This document shows positions 17,891 to 26,131 of a stretch of 64,000 nt of DNA, piece by piece (position 1 is the first letter of the stretch; every line of letters starts with the position of its first letter). The stretch is from contig JBFXAY010000008.1 in assembly GCA_050183815.1 (NCBI GenBank), forward strand, positions 4,451-68,450. Reading direction: 5' to 3'. The translations under genes and the position numbers were made by a program. The DNA comes from Gemmatimonadales bacterium (GTDB lineage: Bacteria; Gemmatimonadota; Gemmatimonadetes; Gemmatimonadales; GWC2-71-9). A model generated the notes under the pieces. It was not told where the DNA came from. It did not search any database and was given only the letters and a program-made list of their open reading frames with translations.

Positions 17891-18151
17891 ATGGGCATCG
17901 TTCGCGAAGCGCGGCTCCGGCCCGAGTATTCCCATCTCTATCCCGAGCTGCCCCCGGACACCTGGATGGCGGCCACCGAGGTGGGCGCCACGATCCTGAT
18001 GTCCCAGCTCCGGGCCATGCGGCCCGTGTCGCTCGGCGACCGATTGCTGCCCGAGGAGCACTTCGAGTTCCGGGGCGGCGCCGACCGCGGCTTCAGCAGT
18101 GGGCTCCGCACCCGGCGGAACGATCCGGGCCCGGCGCACCACCAGCACTGA
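17891..18151 (+). CDS. Hypothetical small protein (86 aa)
   Basis: ATG 2 nt after the leuS stop. GC3-rich codons. Followed by a hairpin terminator. No recognisable family. Confidence 0.4.
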   Translation: MGIVREARLRPEYSHLYPELPPDTWMAATEVGATILMSQLRAMRPVSLGDRLLPEEHFEFRGGADRGFSSGLRTRRNDPGPAHHQH

Positions 18152-18223
18152 CCGGCCCCCCGGCCCGCACGCCAGGACCACGGCGTCGGGACCGGGCCAC
18201 CCCCAACCACCCGCCAACGAAAC

Positions 18224-18259
18224 GAGCGCCGGTCCCGCCAGGAGGCAGGGCCGGCGCTC
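18224..18259. terminator. Bidirectional hairpin between convergent genes
   Basis: GAGCGCCGG-T-CCC ... GGG-CCGGCGCTC: a 9-bp perfect stem plus a 3-bp extension, in the 128-bp convergent spacer. Confidence 0.5.
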
Positions 18260-18279
18260 GATCGATCGGGTAACCCGAG

Positions 18280-19323
18280 CTAGAGACCGAGACCGATCAG
18301 CAGCAGGACGCCGACAGGCTCGAGCAAGCCGCCGAACACCTCCAGCACGCCGCCCGCGAACGCGACCACGTGACCGAGGACCGCCATTTCGGCATTGGTG
18401 AGCTCGCGGCCGTTCTCGCCGGCCACGGTCGGCGAGCCCACGGGACCCGTGATCGTGGCAAAGAGGCTGCCGTTGTAGGTAACGCTCGCGTCCACGACCC
18501 CGGCCGCCACATCCGCCTCGAGCACCAGCACGTCCGCGCCCGACGTCACCTTGAGGTCGTAGCTGCCGTCGCCCGACTGGCTGCCCGCCGTGCCGGCGAG
18601 GGCCACCGTCACCGCGAAGTCCTTGCTGGGCACCTCGAGATGGGCGTCGATCGAAGCCGGACCGCCCTGCCAGAAGAGCTGGCCGTTGGTGGTGATGTCG
18701 AAGTCGACCTGCTCGGTCCCGTTCGAGATGAACCCGTCAACCGCCACGGTGGCGTTTGCCACCGAGCCGCTCAGGGCGAACGCGTACTCGAGGTAGGTGA
18801 TGCCGCCCGAGACCACCCGCAGGGTGAGACCGGCGCTCGACGAGCTGCTCGACTGGGCGTCGATCAGGTCGGCGTAGCCGGCCTCGGTCGAGGTCGGATG
18901 ATCGTTGGCGTCGAGCTGGTAAAGGATGAAGCGAACGCCGTTGGCCGGGGCGCCGGTCCGGGCGGGATCCACCACATAGGTGCCCGAGGCCTGGTGGTAG
19001 ACGTAGGTCTGGCCGAGGACATCGCCCCCGATGACCGGGACGAACGCGGCGTTTACCTCGGGCCGGACGATTCCGGCCAGCGTCCGAACGGCCGATACCA
19101 GCCGGTCTGGCCCGGTGGCCGAGGGGGCCTGCGATCCGCTGATCGACGCGCCCAGTGCCCCGAAGCTCCTGATCACCGGCGCCGTCGTGGCCTGCTCGAC
19201 GACGGCCAGGCCGGCCTCGACCTTGGCGGCGTCGAACGAATTCTGGTTGGGGCCGGTGCCGTCGGAACACGCCGCGGCAAGGCCGAGTCCCGCCATAGCG
19301 GCGAGTCGGGTCATGATTTTCAT
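18280..19323 (-). CDS. Hypothetical lipoprotein with hydrophobic C-terminal tail
   Basis: Lipobox-like LGLAAAC. Ser/Thr/Gly/Val-rich beta-type sequence. Ends ...GGLLEPVGVLLLIGLGL. 4-nt overlap with the upstream LTXXQ gene. Confidence 0.7.
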   Translation of the reverse strand: MKIMTRLAAMAGLGLAAACSDGTGPNQNSFDAAKVEAGLAVVEQATTAPVIRSFGALGASISGSQAPSATGPDRLVSAVRTLAGIVRPEVNAAFVPVIGGDVLGQTYVYHQASGTYVVDPARTGAPANGVRFILYQLDANDHPTSTEAGYADLIDAQSSSSSSAGLTLRVVSGGITYLEYAFALSGSVANATVAVDGFISNGTEQVDFDITTNGQLFWQGGPASIDAHLEVPSKDFAVTVALAGTAGSQSGDGSYDLKVTSGADVLVLEADVAAGVVDASVTYNGSLFATITGPVGSPTVAGENGRELTNAEMAVLGHVVAFAGGVLEVFGGLLEPVGVLLLIGLGL

Positions 19324-19793
19324 CGCATTCCCTCCTGGTTGTTCGGTGTTGCGTCTCCGTCCTGGGAATCCTCGCCCTTGCCGTCGCGGATGGCGCGAAG
19401 CCGAGTCTGCTGCTCCGGGGTGAGGATGTTCTTGATCCTGATCAGCATCACAAGCTGCCGCTTCTTCACCTCGTTCTCGGTCCGGAGCACGAGGTCCACC
19501 TTGGCGAGGGCGGCCGCTTCGTCCACCACGCCCTGCTCGAGAAGGTCTACCAGGTCGATGGCCGGTTCGGCCATGTCGAGCTGGAGCGGCACCAACTCGG
19601 CCTGGATCGTCTTCACCACGTCGAGAATCCGGGTCCGCTGCTGGCTGCTGAGCCCGATGTCGCGGGCCCGCTGCAGCACGAGCTGTGGATCGAAGACCGC
19701 CTTCTCGAACCGGTCATCCTTCTTTTCCTGGGCCGCCGCGGGACGGGCGGCGAGGACCGCCACCGCCGCGAGGACGAGCCATCGAGCCTTCAT
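19320..19793 (-). CDS. Periplasmic LTXXQ-motif protein (Spy/CpxP/CnrX-like, 'periplasmic heavy metal sensor' type)
   Basis: Signal peptide MKARWLVLAAVAVLAARPAAAQ. Helical, with LSSQQ and LTPEQQ motifs. 4-nt overlaps on both sides. Confidence 0.7.
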   Translation of the reverse strand: MKARWLVLAAVAVLAARPAAAQEKKDDRFEKAVFDPQLVLQRARDIGLSSQQRTRILDVVKTIQAELVPLQLDMAEPAIDLVDLLEQGVVDEAAALAKVDLVLRTENEVKKRQLVMLIRIKNILTPEQQTRLRAIRDGKGEDSQDGDATPNNQEGMR

Positions 19794-20134
19794 AGGGAGC
19801 TTCCTTTCGAGCCCACGGTCGGGAACCAGTCGGTCGCCGAGCCGATGGAGGGCACCGTTTCCAGAGTTTCCGCACCCAGCACATCGAGGAGAAAGTCGGT
19901 CGGCATCCGGAGATCGACCGTCGCCGCGGCCGGGACCGCGGGTTGCCGCTCGTACCAGACCACCCCCGCCACCGCCGAGGCCGTCACCGCCAGCGCGGCG
20001 AGCCAGCCGATCCGCCGGCCCGCGGGGCGCCGGGCGGTCCCGCCGCGCACCCGTTCGAACGAAGGGATCCAGGCGCTGTCCCGCCGCCGGGCCTCGGCGA
20101 ACAACTCCCGCAGGTCGTCGTCGCGTTCCGTCAT
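19790..20134 (-). CDS. Putative anti-sigma factor (single TM), assigned by position and topology
   Basis: 114 aa with one TM (IGWLAALAVTASAVAGVVW). 4-nt overlap with the ECF sigma gene. Confidence 0.5.
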   Translation of the reverse strand: MTERDDDLRELFAEARRRDSAWIPSFERVRGGTARRPAGRRIGWLAALAVTASAVAGVVWYERQPAVPAAATVDLRMPTDFLLDVLGAETLETVPSIGSATDWFPTVGSKGSSL

Positions 20135-20685
20135 GCCACCGCTTCTCCCTCCGCCATCAGTTTCCGGAGGCGGCTCTTGCCGCGCTCGTAGTGCGTCCGA
20201 GCCGTCCCGATCGGCAAGCCGATCACCTGCGCCGCCTCCTCAATCGTCATCTCCTGGTAGAACACCAGGTGGAGCACCTCCGATTGCCGGGCCGAGAGCC
20301 CGGCGAGCGCCCGCTTGAGCCGGTCCAACCGCGGGTCCTCGCTTCCGACCGCGGCGGGCAGTGTCTCCGGGGGCTGCTCCCGCCACCACCGCCCCAGCCG
20401 GGCCGCGTGCTGCCACCAGCGCCGCCGGTGCTCCTGCGCGGTGAACCGGATGACCCCGAACAGCCAGGTCCGGAACGTGGAGCGCCCTCCGTAGACGGCC
20501 CGCCCGTCGAGCACCTTGAGGTAGGCCTGGTGCAACACGTCCTCCGCGTCCGCCCGGTTGCCGTCGCAGCAGCGCACCGCCCAGGCAAACCCCGGCGCAT
20601 GGACCCGTTCCAGCTCGCATTCGAGTTGCTGTCGATCCATGCCGGGCCGCGCGCTCCCATGGGACACCGTCGCTTCGGTATTCAT
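20131..20685 (-). CDS. ECF-type RNA polymerase sigma factor
   Basis: Region 2 (DAEDVLHQAYLKV, FRTWLFGVI) and region 4 HTH (MTIEEAAQVIGLPIGTARTHYERGK). Confidence 0.85.
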   Translation of the reverse strand: MNTEATVSHGSARPGMDRQQLECELERVHAPGFAWAVRCCDGNRADAEDVLHQAYLKVLDGRAVYGGRSTFRTWLFGVIRFTAQEHRRRWWQHAARLGRWWREQPPETLPAAVGSEDPRLDRLKRALAGLSARQSEVLHLVFYQEMTIEEAAQVIGLPIGTARTHYERGKSRLRKLMAEGEAVA

Positions 20686-20695
20686 GGGTGCCGCC

Positions 20696-20722
20696 GGCCC
20701 CCGTCCCGTAGGACAGGGGGCC
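20696..20722 (-). terminator. GC hairpin just downstream of the S41 peptidase stop (no U-run)
   Basis: GGCCCCC-(13 nt)-GGGGGCC within the 40-bp spacer before the ECF gene. Could be a terminator or attenuator. Confidence 0.3.
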
Positions 20723-20725
20723 GTT

Positions 20726-22162
20726 TCAGCGTCCGGCAGGGGGCAGGTCCCGGGGAAGGAGCCCGAGGGCAGTGGCGACGGCGGGGTCCGCCAGGAGGCC
20801 GAACCGCACGGCCTCGGCGGGGGTACCGATGGCCGCGACGAGCCGGGCCAGCTCGGTATCGAAGTAGGCCCGGTGCCGGACCATGGTCCGGCGCGAGAGG
20901 CTCAAGCCGGCGGTCCGGAGCCCGGCCCGGAGGCGCTCGAGCTCGTCCCGGGTCAGGCGGGCCGAATCGGCCGCGGTGCCCTGCCCGACCCGGGCTCGGG
21001 CGAAGGCCAGCAAACTGGCCGACACCACCGGCATCCGGGCCTCGAGGCTCCGGAGGACGGCGGCCGTCCAGGCGGCCGGCTGAATGGCGGAGTCGGGCCG
21101 GAGCCCGCCGACCAGCAGTTCCCCGCCCGGGCCCTGCCACCGGCCGGTGGTGAGGCGGACCGCAATGCTGTCGCCCAACGGGATCGTGGTCTGAATGAGA
21201 CCCTTGCCGAAGGTCCGCTCGCCCACGAGCCAGGCGCGGCCGTTGTCCCGGAGCGCGGCGGCAATGATCTCGGCGGAACTCGCGGTGTTCCGATCGACCA
21301 GGAGGGTCAGCCGAAGCCGGGGATAGGCTTCCGGATGGGCCGAGGCGTAGCCCCACCGGAGCCGTCGCTTCGACACGGTGCCGATCTGCTTGCCGCCCGG
21401 AAGGAAGATGTCGGCGATCCGGAGCCCCTCGTCGAGCCGGCCCCCGCGGTTGCCGCGGAGATCGATGATCAGGCCGGAGAGTTCCCAGGCCCGCAAGGAA
21501 CTCAGGGCTTCGCGGACCTCGTTGCCGGCTTCGTCAGACACGGTGCGCAGCGCGAAGTATCCGACCGAATCGGACAGGCGGACGACCGAGCCCACCGCGG
21601 GCAAGCGACCGGCCGTGGCTGCCAGCGTCACCTCGGTGGGCACCGAATCGCCGGGCGACTGGAACCGCACGGTGACGTTGCCCTCGGCGTCGGGCCGAAG
21701 GGACGCCGCGGCCCGACCCGCGTCCCACCGGCGGGCTGGGCGGCCCCCGATCTCGAGCACGAAGTCGCCGGGGCGGATACCGGCCCGGTCCGCCGGGGTC
21801 CCGGCCACCACGTTGGCGACGTGAAGGCCGGTGAGCCCCGACTCGACCGTCAGGCCGACCGTCTCACCGCGACCCCGGAGCATGTTGGTGTAGCCGCGGA
21901 ATTCCTCGGGCCCGAGAAAGGCCGAGTACGGGTCGCCGAGGGTGTTCACGACACCCTTGGCTGCCTTGACGTAGAGCTCGTCGTCGGAGAGGGAGTCGAC
22001 GAAGTCGGACCGGATCGCGCGAATGACGTGGTCGAAGACGGCGGCCGTGGCGACCGGCCGGCGAGCCGCCCGGTTGCGAGCGGTGACGGCTCCGATCCCG
22101 GCGGCGGCGCCGAGCCCGAGTCCCACGACGAACACCAGCGAAGTGCGCACTCCAGCCGTCAT
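20726..22162 (-). CDS. S41-family C-terminal processing peptidase (with PDZ domain)
   Basis: Track ORF trimmed to ATG 22162 (GAGGTGG upstream). N-terminal TM, PDZ (GIRPGDFVLEIGG), catalytic-region motifs IIDLRGNRGG, NTASSAEI and TFGKG. Confidence 0.85.
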   Translation of the reverse strand: MTAGVRTSLVFVVGLGLGAAAGIGAVTARNRAARRPVATAAVFDHVIRAIRSDFVDSLSDDELYVKAAKGVVNTLGDPYSAFLGPEEFRGYTNMLRGRGETVGLTVESGLTGLHVANVVAGTPADRAGIRPGDFVLEIGGRPARRWDAGRAAASLRPDAEGNVTVRFQSPGDSVPTEVTLAATAGRLPAVGSVVRLSDSVGYFALRTVSDEAGNEVREALSSLRAWELSGLIIDLRGNRGGRLDEGLRIADIFLPGGKQIGTVSKRRLRWGYASAHPEAYPRLRLTLLVDRNTASSAEIIAAALRDNGRAWLVGERTFGKGLIQTTIPLGDSIAVRLTTGRWQGPGGELLVGGLRPDSAIQPAAWTAAVLRSLEARMPVVSASLLAFARARVGQGTAADSARLTRDELERLRAGLRTAGLSLSRRTMVRHRAYFDTELARLVAAIGTPAEAVRFGLLADPAVATALGLLPRDLPPAGR

Positions 22163-22379
22163 GACCACCTCGGTTGCAGAACCGGTGCCAGTTCCGGTCC
22201 TCGTTCCGCCGGCCTGATATTCGCCGCCATCTCCGCGATTCCACAAGGGACCGATGGACACAGCCCCGCGGGGAGACCAATATTGACGACGCCGAGACCC
22301 CGGAAAACGTTGCACCGCCGGGCGTTTCGCGAAGCCCCGCCTGGGGCCGCCGCCCGTAGCCCCGGACCGAAACCCGGCC

Positions 22380-22826
22380 ATGACCGACCCACGTCACCCG
22401 CTGCTCGCGGACTTCCCGGTGGTTATCGGCATCGATCTCGCCTGGAGTGAGATGGATGCCTACCAGCATCTCAACAACACGGTGTATGTCCGCTACGCCG
22501 AGACCGGCCGGATCGCGTTCTTCCGGGCCGCCGGGTTCATGAGCGACAGCGCCCCGACCGGAATCGCTCCGATCCTCCATTCGATTCGGTGCCGATTCCG
22601 GATTCCGCTCACCTTTCCGGACCGGGTCCTGGTCGGCACCCGCGGGGACACGTTCCTCGAAGATCGATTCACGACCCACTTCCGGATCGTGAGCCTCAAG
22701 CACGACGCGGTGGCCGCCGAGGGCGACGGGATCGTCGTCTCACTCGACTACGGCACCGGCAGGAAAGCCCCGCTGCCACCCGATCTGCGGCGCCGGCTCG
22801 AGGCGCTGCACCAGCAAACCGGCTGA
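22380..22826 (+). CDS. Acyl-CoA thioesterase, hotdog fold (YbgC/4HBT-like)
   Basis: 148 aa with DAYQHLNNTVYVRY, typical of 4HBT thioesterases. Confidence 0.8.
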   Translation: MTDPRHPLLADFPVVIGIDLAWSEMDAYQHLNNTVYVRYAETGRIAFFRAAGFMSDSAPTGIAPILHSIRCRFRIPLTFPDRVLVGTRGDTFLEDRFTTHFRIVSLKHDAVAAEGDGIVVSLDYGTGRKAPLPPDLRRRLEALHQQTG

Positions 22827-22882
22827 GGCCGGGCCGCGCCCGCCGGCCGGCCCCCGACCCCGCCCCCAACCCGAGAGGCACG

Positions 22883-24991
22883 ATGGCTCGCCCGTTCGTT
22901 TTGCTCCTCACCGCTGCCCTCGCGGCCCCCGGCCAGGCCACCGCCCAGGCGGGATTCTCGCTGGAGCAGATCCGTTCGTACCCGTTCCCGAACGAACTCG
23001 TCGCCGCGGCGCAGGGGAGCCGAATCGCCTGGGCCATGAACGAGCAGGGCCTCCGGAATCTCTACGTGGCCGACGGCCCCGCCTTCACGCCCCGGCGGAT
23101 TACCGACTATTCGGCCGACGACGGCCAGGAACTCACCAGCGTCGCGGTGAGCGCCGACGGGAAATGGGTGGTCTACGTCCGCGGCGGCGACCACGGCGGC
23201 AATTGGGACGACGCCGTCCCCGTCAACCCGACGTCGAGTCCGGTTCCGCCGAAGACCCAGATCTGGGCCGTCGCCTTCGACGGCGGCGAACCGAAGCTGC
23301 TCGCCGACGGCGACCTGCCGGTCGTCTCTCCCCGAAGCGACGTGGTGGTGTTCTCGCGGGGCGGCCAGCTCTGGACCGTACCGATCGACGGCAGCGCCGC
23401 CGCGAAGCAGTTGTTCAGCGCCCGCGGATCGATCGGTTCGCCGACCTTTTCCCCGGACGGCGCCCGCCTCGCCTTCACCTCCGCCCGCGGCGATCACACC
23501 ATGATCGGCGTGTTCACCAACGGCACCACACCGATCACCTGGATCGATCCGTCATTCAGTCACGATCGGTCGCCCCGCTGGTCGCCGGACGGGAGCCGGA
23601 TCGCCTTCGTACGCACCCGCGGCAGCGGCGGCGCCCCCGACTCGATCCTGGCGCGGCGGCACAACCCATGGTCGATCTACGCGGCGGACGCCGCCACCGG
23701 CCGCGCCACGCTGCGGTGGACCGCGCCGAAGACGCTCCGGGGTTCGGTGCCGTCAACCGACGGCGGCACCAACCTGCACTGGGGCACCGGACGGATCGCC
23801 TTCCTGTCCTACCAGGACGGCTGGCCCCATCTCTACTCGATGGCGGAAACCGGCGGCGAGCCGCTGCTCCTCACGCCGGGCCGGTTCATGGCCGAGCACA
23901 TCAGCATGTCGCCGGACGGACGGTGGCTGGTGTTCGCCGGAAACACCGGGCCGGATCCGCTCGACCTCGACCGCCGGCACGTGGTGCGGGTACCGATCGA
24001 CCGCGCCGAGATGGAGGTGATGACGCCGGGAACCGGGCTCGAGTGGTCGCCCGTCGTGACCGGCGACGGCACCCTGGCGCTGCTCAGCGCCACCGCCGAC
24101 CGGCCGCCCCTGCCGGCCGTCATGCCGCTTCAGGGCGGCAGGCCGCGGCTCCTGGCGGAAGACCGGATTCCGGCCGGCTACCCGTCAGGCCGCCTCGTGA
24201 CGCCGCGTCAGGTCGTCTTCACGGCGCCGGACGGGACCCGGGTGCACGGCCAGTTGTTCGAACCGGCCGGCGGATCGGCCCGGAAGCCGGCAATCATCTA
24301 CGTCCACGGCGGCCCGCCCCGCCAGATGCTCCTGGGGTGGCACTACTCGGACTACTACGCCAACGCGTACGCCACCAACCAGTATCTCGCGAGCCGCGGC
24401 TTCGTGGTGCTGTCGGTCAATTATCGCCTCGGCATCGGCTACGGGTACGAGTTCCACCAGCCGCCGAACGCCGGAACCGCCGGGGCGTCCGAGTACCAGG
24501 ACGTCCGGGCGGCTGCGCTGTGGCTCGGGCGTCAGACCAACGTGGACGCGAGTCGGATCGGGATCTACGGCGGCAGCTACGGCGGGTATCTCGTGGCCCT
24601 GGCCCTCGGCCGGGATTCTCGGCTGTTCGCGGCCGGGGTGGATATTCACGGCGTGCACGACCGGACCATCGAGCGGACCCGGAACCTCGTGAGTCCGGAC
24701 CGGTTTGAGCGGGCCCCCGATGCGGACCGGGCCAATGCGGTAGGGTGGCGTTCCTCGCCGGTGTCGTCGGTGCCCACCTGGCGGTCCCCGGTCCTGATCA
24801 TTCACGGCGACGACGACCGGAACGTCCGGTTCAGCCAGAGCACCGATCTGGTCCGGCGGCTCATCGACAAGGGCGTGGACGTCGAAACGCTCGTGATCGT
24901 GGACGACACCCATCACTTCATGCGTCACGCCAACTGGCTGCGGGTGGGCGGGGCGACCGCGGAGTACTTCGAGCGGCGCTTCAAGCCGTAG
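22883..24991 (+). CDS. S9-family serine peptidase (prolyl oligopeptidase / acylaminoacyl-peptidase type) with N-terminal beta-propeller
   Basis: Track ORF trimmed to ATG 22883 (GAGAGG upstream). Signal peptide. TolB-like propeller repeats (SPDG...). Nucleophile elbow GGSYGGY, then HGDDDRNV and DDTHHF. Confidence 0.9.
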   Translation: MARPFVLLLTAALAAPGQATAQAGFSLEQIRSYPFPNELVAAAQGSRIAWAMNEQGLRNLYVADGPAFTPRRITDYSADDGQELTSVAVSADGKWVVYVRGGDHGGNWDDAVPVNPTSSPVPPKTQIWAVAFDGGEPKLLADGDLPVVSPRSDVVVFSRGGQLWTVPIDGSAAAKQLFSARGSIGSPTFSPDGARLAFTSARGDHTMIGVFTNGTTPITWIDPSFSHDRSPRWSPDGSRIAFVRTRGSGGAPDSILARRHNPWSIYAADAATGRATLRWTAPKTLRGSVPSTDGGTNLHWGTGRIAFLSYQDGWPHLYSMAETGGEPLLLTPGRFMAEHISMSPDGRWLVFAGNTGPDPLDLDRRHVVRVPIDRAEMEVMTPGTGLEWSPVVTGDGTLALLSATADRPPLPAVMPLQGGRPRLLAEDRIPAGYPSGRLVTPRQVVFTAPDGTRVHGQLFEPAGGSARKPAIIYVHGGPPRQMLLGWHYSDYYANAYATNQYLASRGFVVLSVNYRLGIGYGYEFHQPPNAGTAGASEYQDVRAAALWLGRQTNVDASRIGIYGGSYGGYLVALALGRDSRLFAAGVDIHGVHDRTIERTRNLVSPDRFERAPDADRANAVGWRSSPVSSVPTWRSPVLIIHGDDDRNVRFSQSTDLVRRLIDKGVDVETLVIVDDTHHFMRHANWLRVGGATAEYFERRFKP

Positions 24992-26030
24992 GCGAGGGTG
25001 TCCCGGACGGCGGGTTCCCGGCTTCCCGGCCGGGGACCTTTTTCAGGAATTCGAAGCGGCCGAGTTCGCGGCTGTCGAGGACCCGGCGGCCGCCCCGGCC
25101 GTCGGCGTTCACCGTCTCGCAGTCGAGGCTCTGTTCGAGTACCAGGGTCGGAAAGACCTCGCCGTACCGGACCCGGCACTCGGCGGACTCCACCCGTGAC
25201 CACGCCGGGATCCCCACCAGCTTGACGTAGCTCTCCTTGAGAATCGAGGTCGCCCGGTCGAGCATCAGCGTGCCCTCCCAGTCCGCGGACTTGAGGCCCG
25301 GCCGCGGCCGGAAGGCGAGCCGGACGCTGCCGCCCTTGGCCGTTTCGCCGCCGCCGTATTCGAAGCAGTGGTTCTTCTGGAACTCCTCGGTCGCCAGGTC
25401 CGCGACGGAGAACATCCGGAGCGGGTCCGACAACGGGCCCTTGGTCAGCACGTAACCCGCCCGATAGCCGCCCTCGTTCCGGCTGTCTGACCGGACCGTG
25501 TCCGCCCGGTTGATCGTCCTCGTCTCGCCCGCGACCGTCACGGTCGTGTGGAAACGATGGTATCGAAGCGGGTAGTCGTGTTCCAGGATCCGGACCCGCT
25601 CGGCGGCCTGCAGCGCCTGCTGCAGGAGCGGACGGACCGAAGCCGGCACGCCCCTGAGTCCCGGCTGACACCGGCCCTCGACCGCCAACTCCGGCAGCAC
25701 GTACGCCGACCGCTGGAGCACGACCCGAATCGAACCGACCGAGTCCGGCACGACGACGTCCTGGGGCTCGTAGCCGATCTGGGCGACGTGAACCGTCAGC
25801 TCGCCGCGGGGGAGGTCGGTGAAGCGGAACCGGCCCTGAAGGGAGGAGAACTGGCGGTCCCGGCGCCCGGTGATCGATACGAGGGCGTAGGGAACCGCCG
25901 CCCCGCCTTCGGCGAGCACCAGACCATCGAGCGACCGGGCCTGGGCTCCCAAGGGGAGTGCGACGCCAAGGGCGAGCGCCCCGAGAAGGACCCCCGCCCC
26001 GAACCCCGCGTGACCGTCACGAAACCACAC
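24981..26030 (-). CDS. Carboxypeptidase-regulatory-like domain protein, hypothetical
   Basis: GTG 26030. Signal peptide, then LDGLVLAEGGAAVPYALVSITG...GRFRFTDLPRGELTVHVAQIGY, typical of a CarboxypepD_reg Ig-like domain. Confidence 0.6.
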   Translation of the reverse strand: MWFRDGHAGFGAGVLLGALALGVALPLGAQARSLDGLVLAEGGAAVPYALVSITGRRDRQFSSLQGRFRFTDLPRGELTVHVAQIGYEPQDVVVPDSVGSIRVVLQRSAYVLPELAVEGRCQPGLRGVPASVRPLLQQALQAAERVRILEHDYPLRYHRFHTTVTVAGETRTINRADTVRSDSRNEGGYRAGYVLTKGPLSDPLRMFSVADLATEEFQKNHCFEYGGGETAKGGSVRLAFRPRPGLKSADWEGTLMLDRATSILKESYVKLVGIPAWSRVESAECRVRYGEVFPTLVLEQSLDCETVNADGRGGRRVLDSRELGRFEFLKKVPGREAGNPPSGTPSPTA

Positions 26031-26131
26031 CGCTGCCCCACCGGAAGGTCACCAACTCCACATTACCGTTCGCGTGGCCCTCGGCGCAAGCGCGTTGCGG
26101 CGCCCCCGGGTTCGCCCCTCCGGGGGTCCGC

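Noticed and set aside
20686-20760. Search for an ECF-type AAC-N16/17-CGT promoter upstream of the ECF sigma at 20685
   Set aside because: Only GAAAC-N14-CGG is present, and the spacing and -10 do not fit. The spacer is dominated by the hairpin that follows the S41 peptidase stop.
18370-21153. 927-aa plus-strand ORF spanning the lipoprotein, LTXXQ, anti-sigma, ECF sigma genes and part of the S41 peptidase gene
   Set aside because: It lies antisense to five well-supported minus-strand genes. The translation is Arg/Pro/Gly/Ala-rich low complexity with no recognisable motif. This is the typical stop-codon-poor antisense frame of high-GC DNA.
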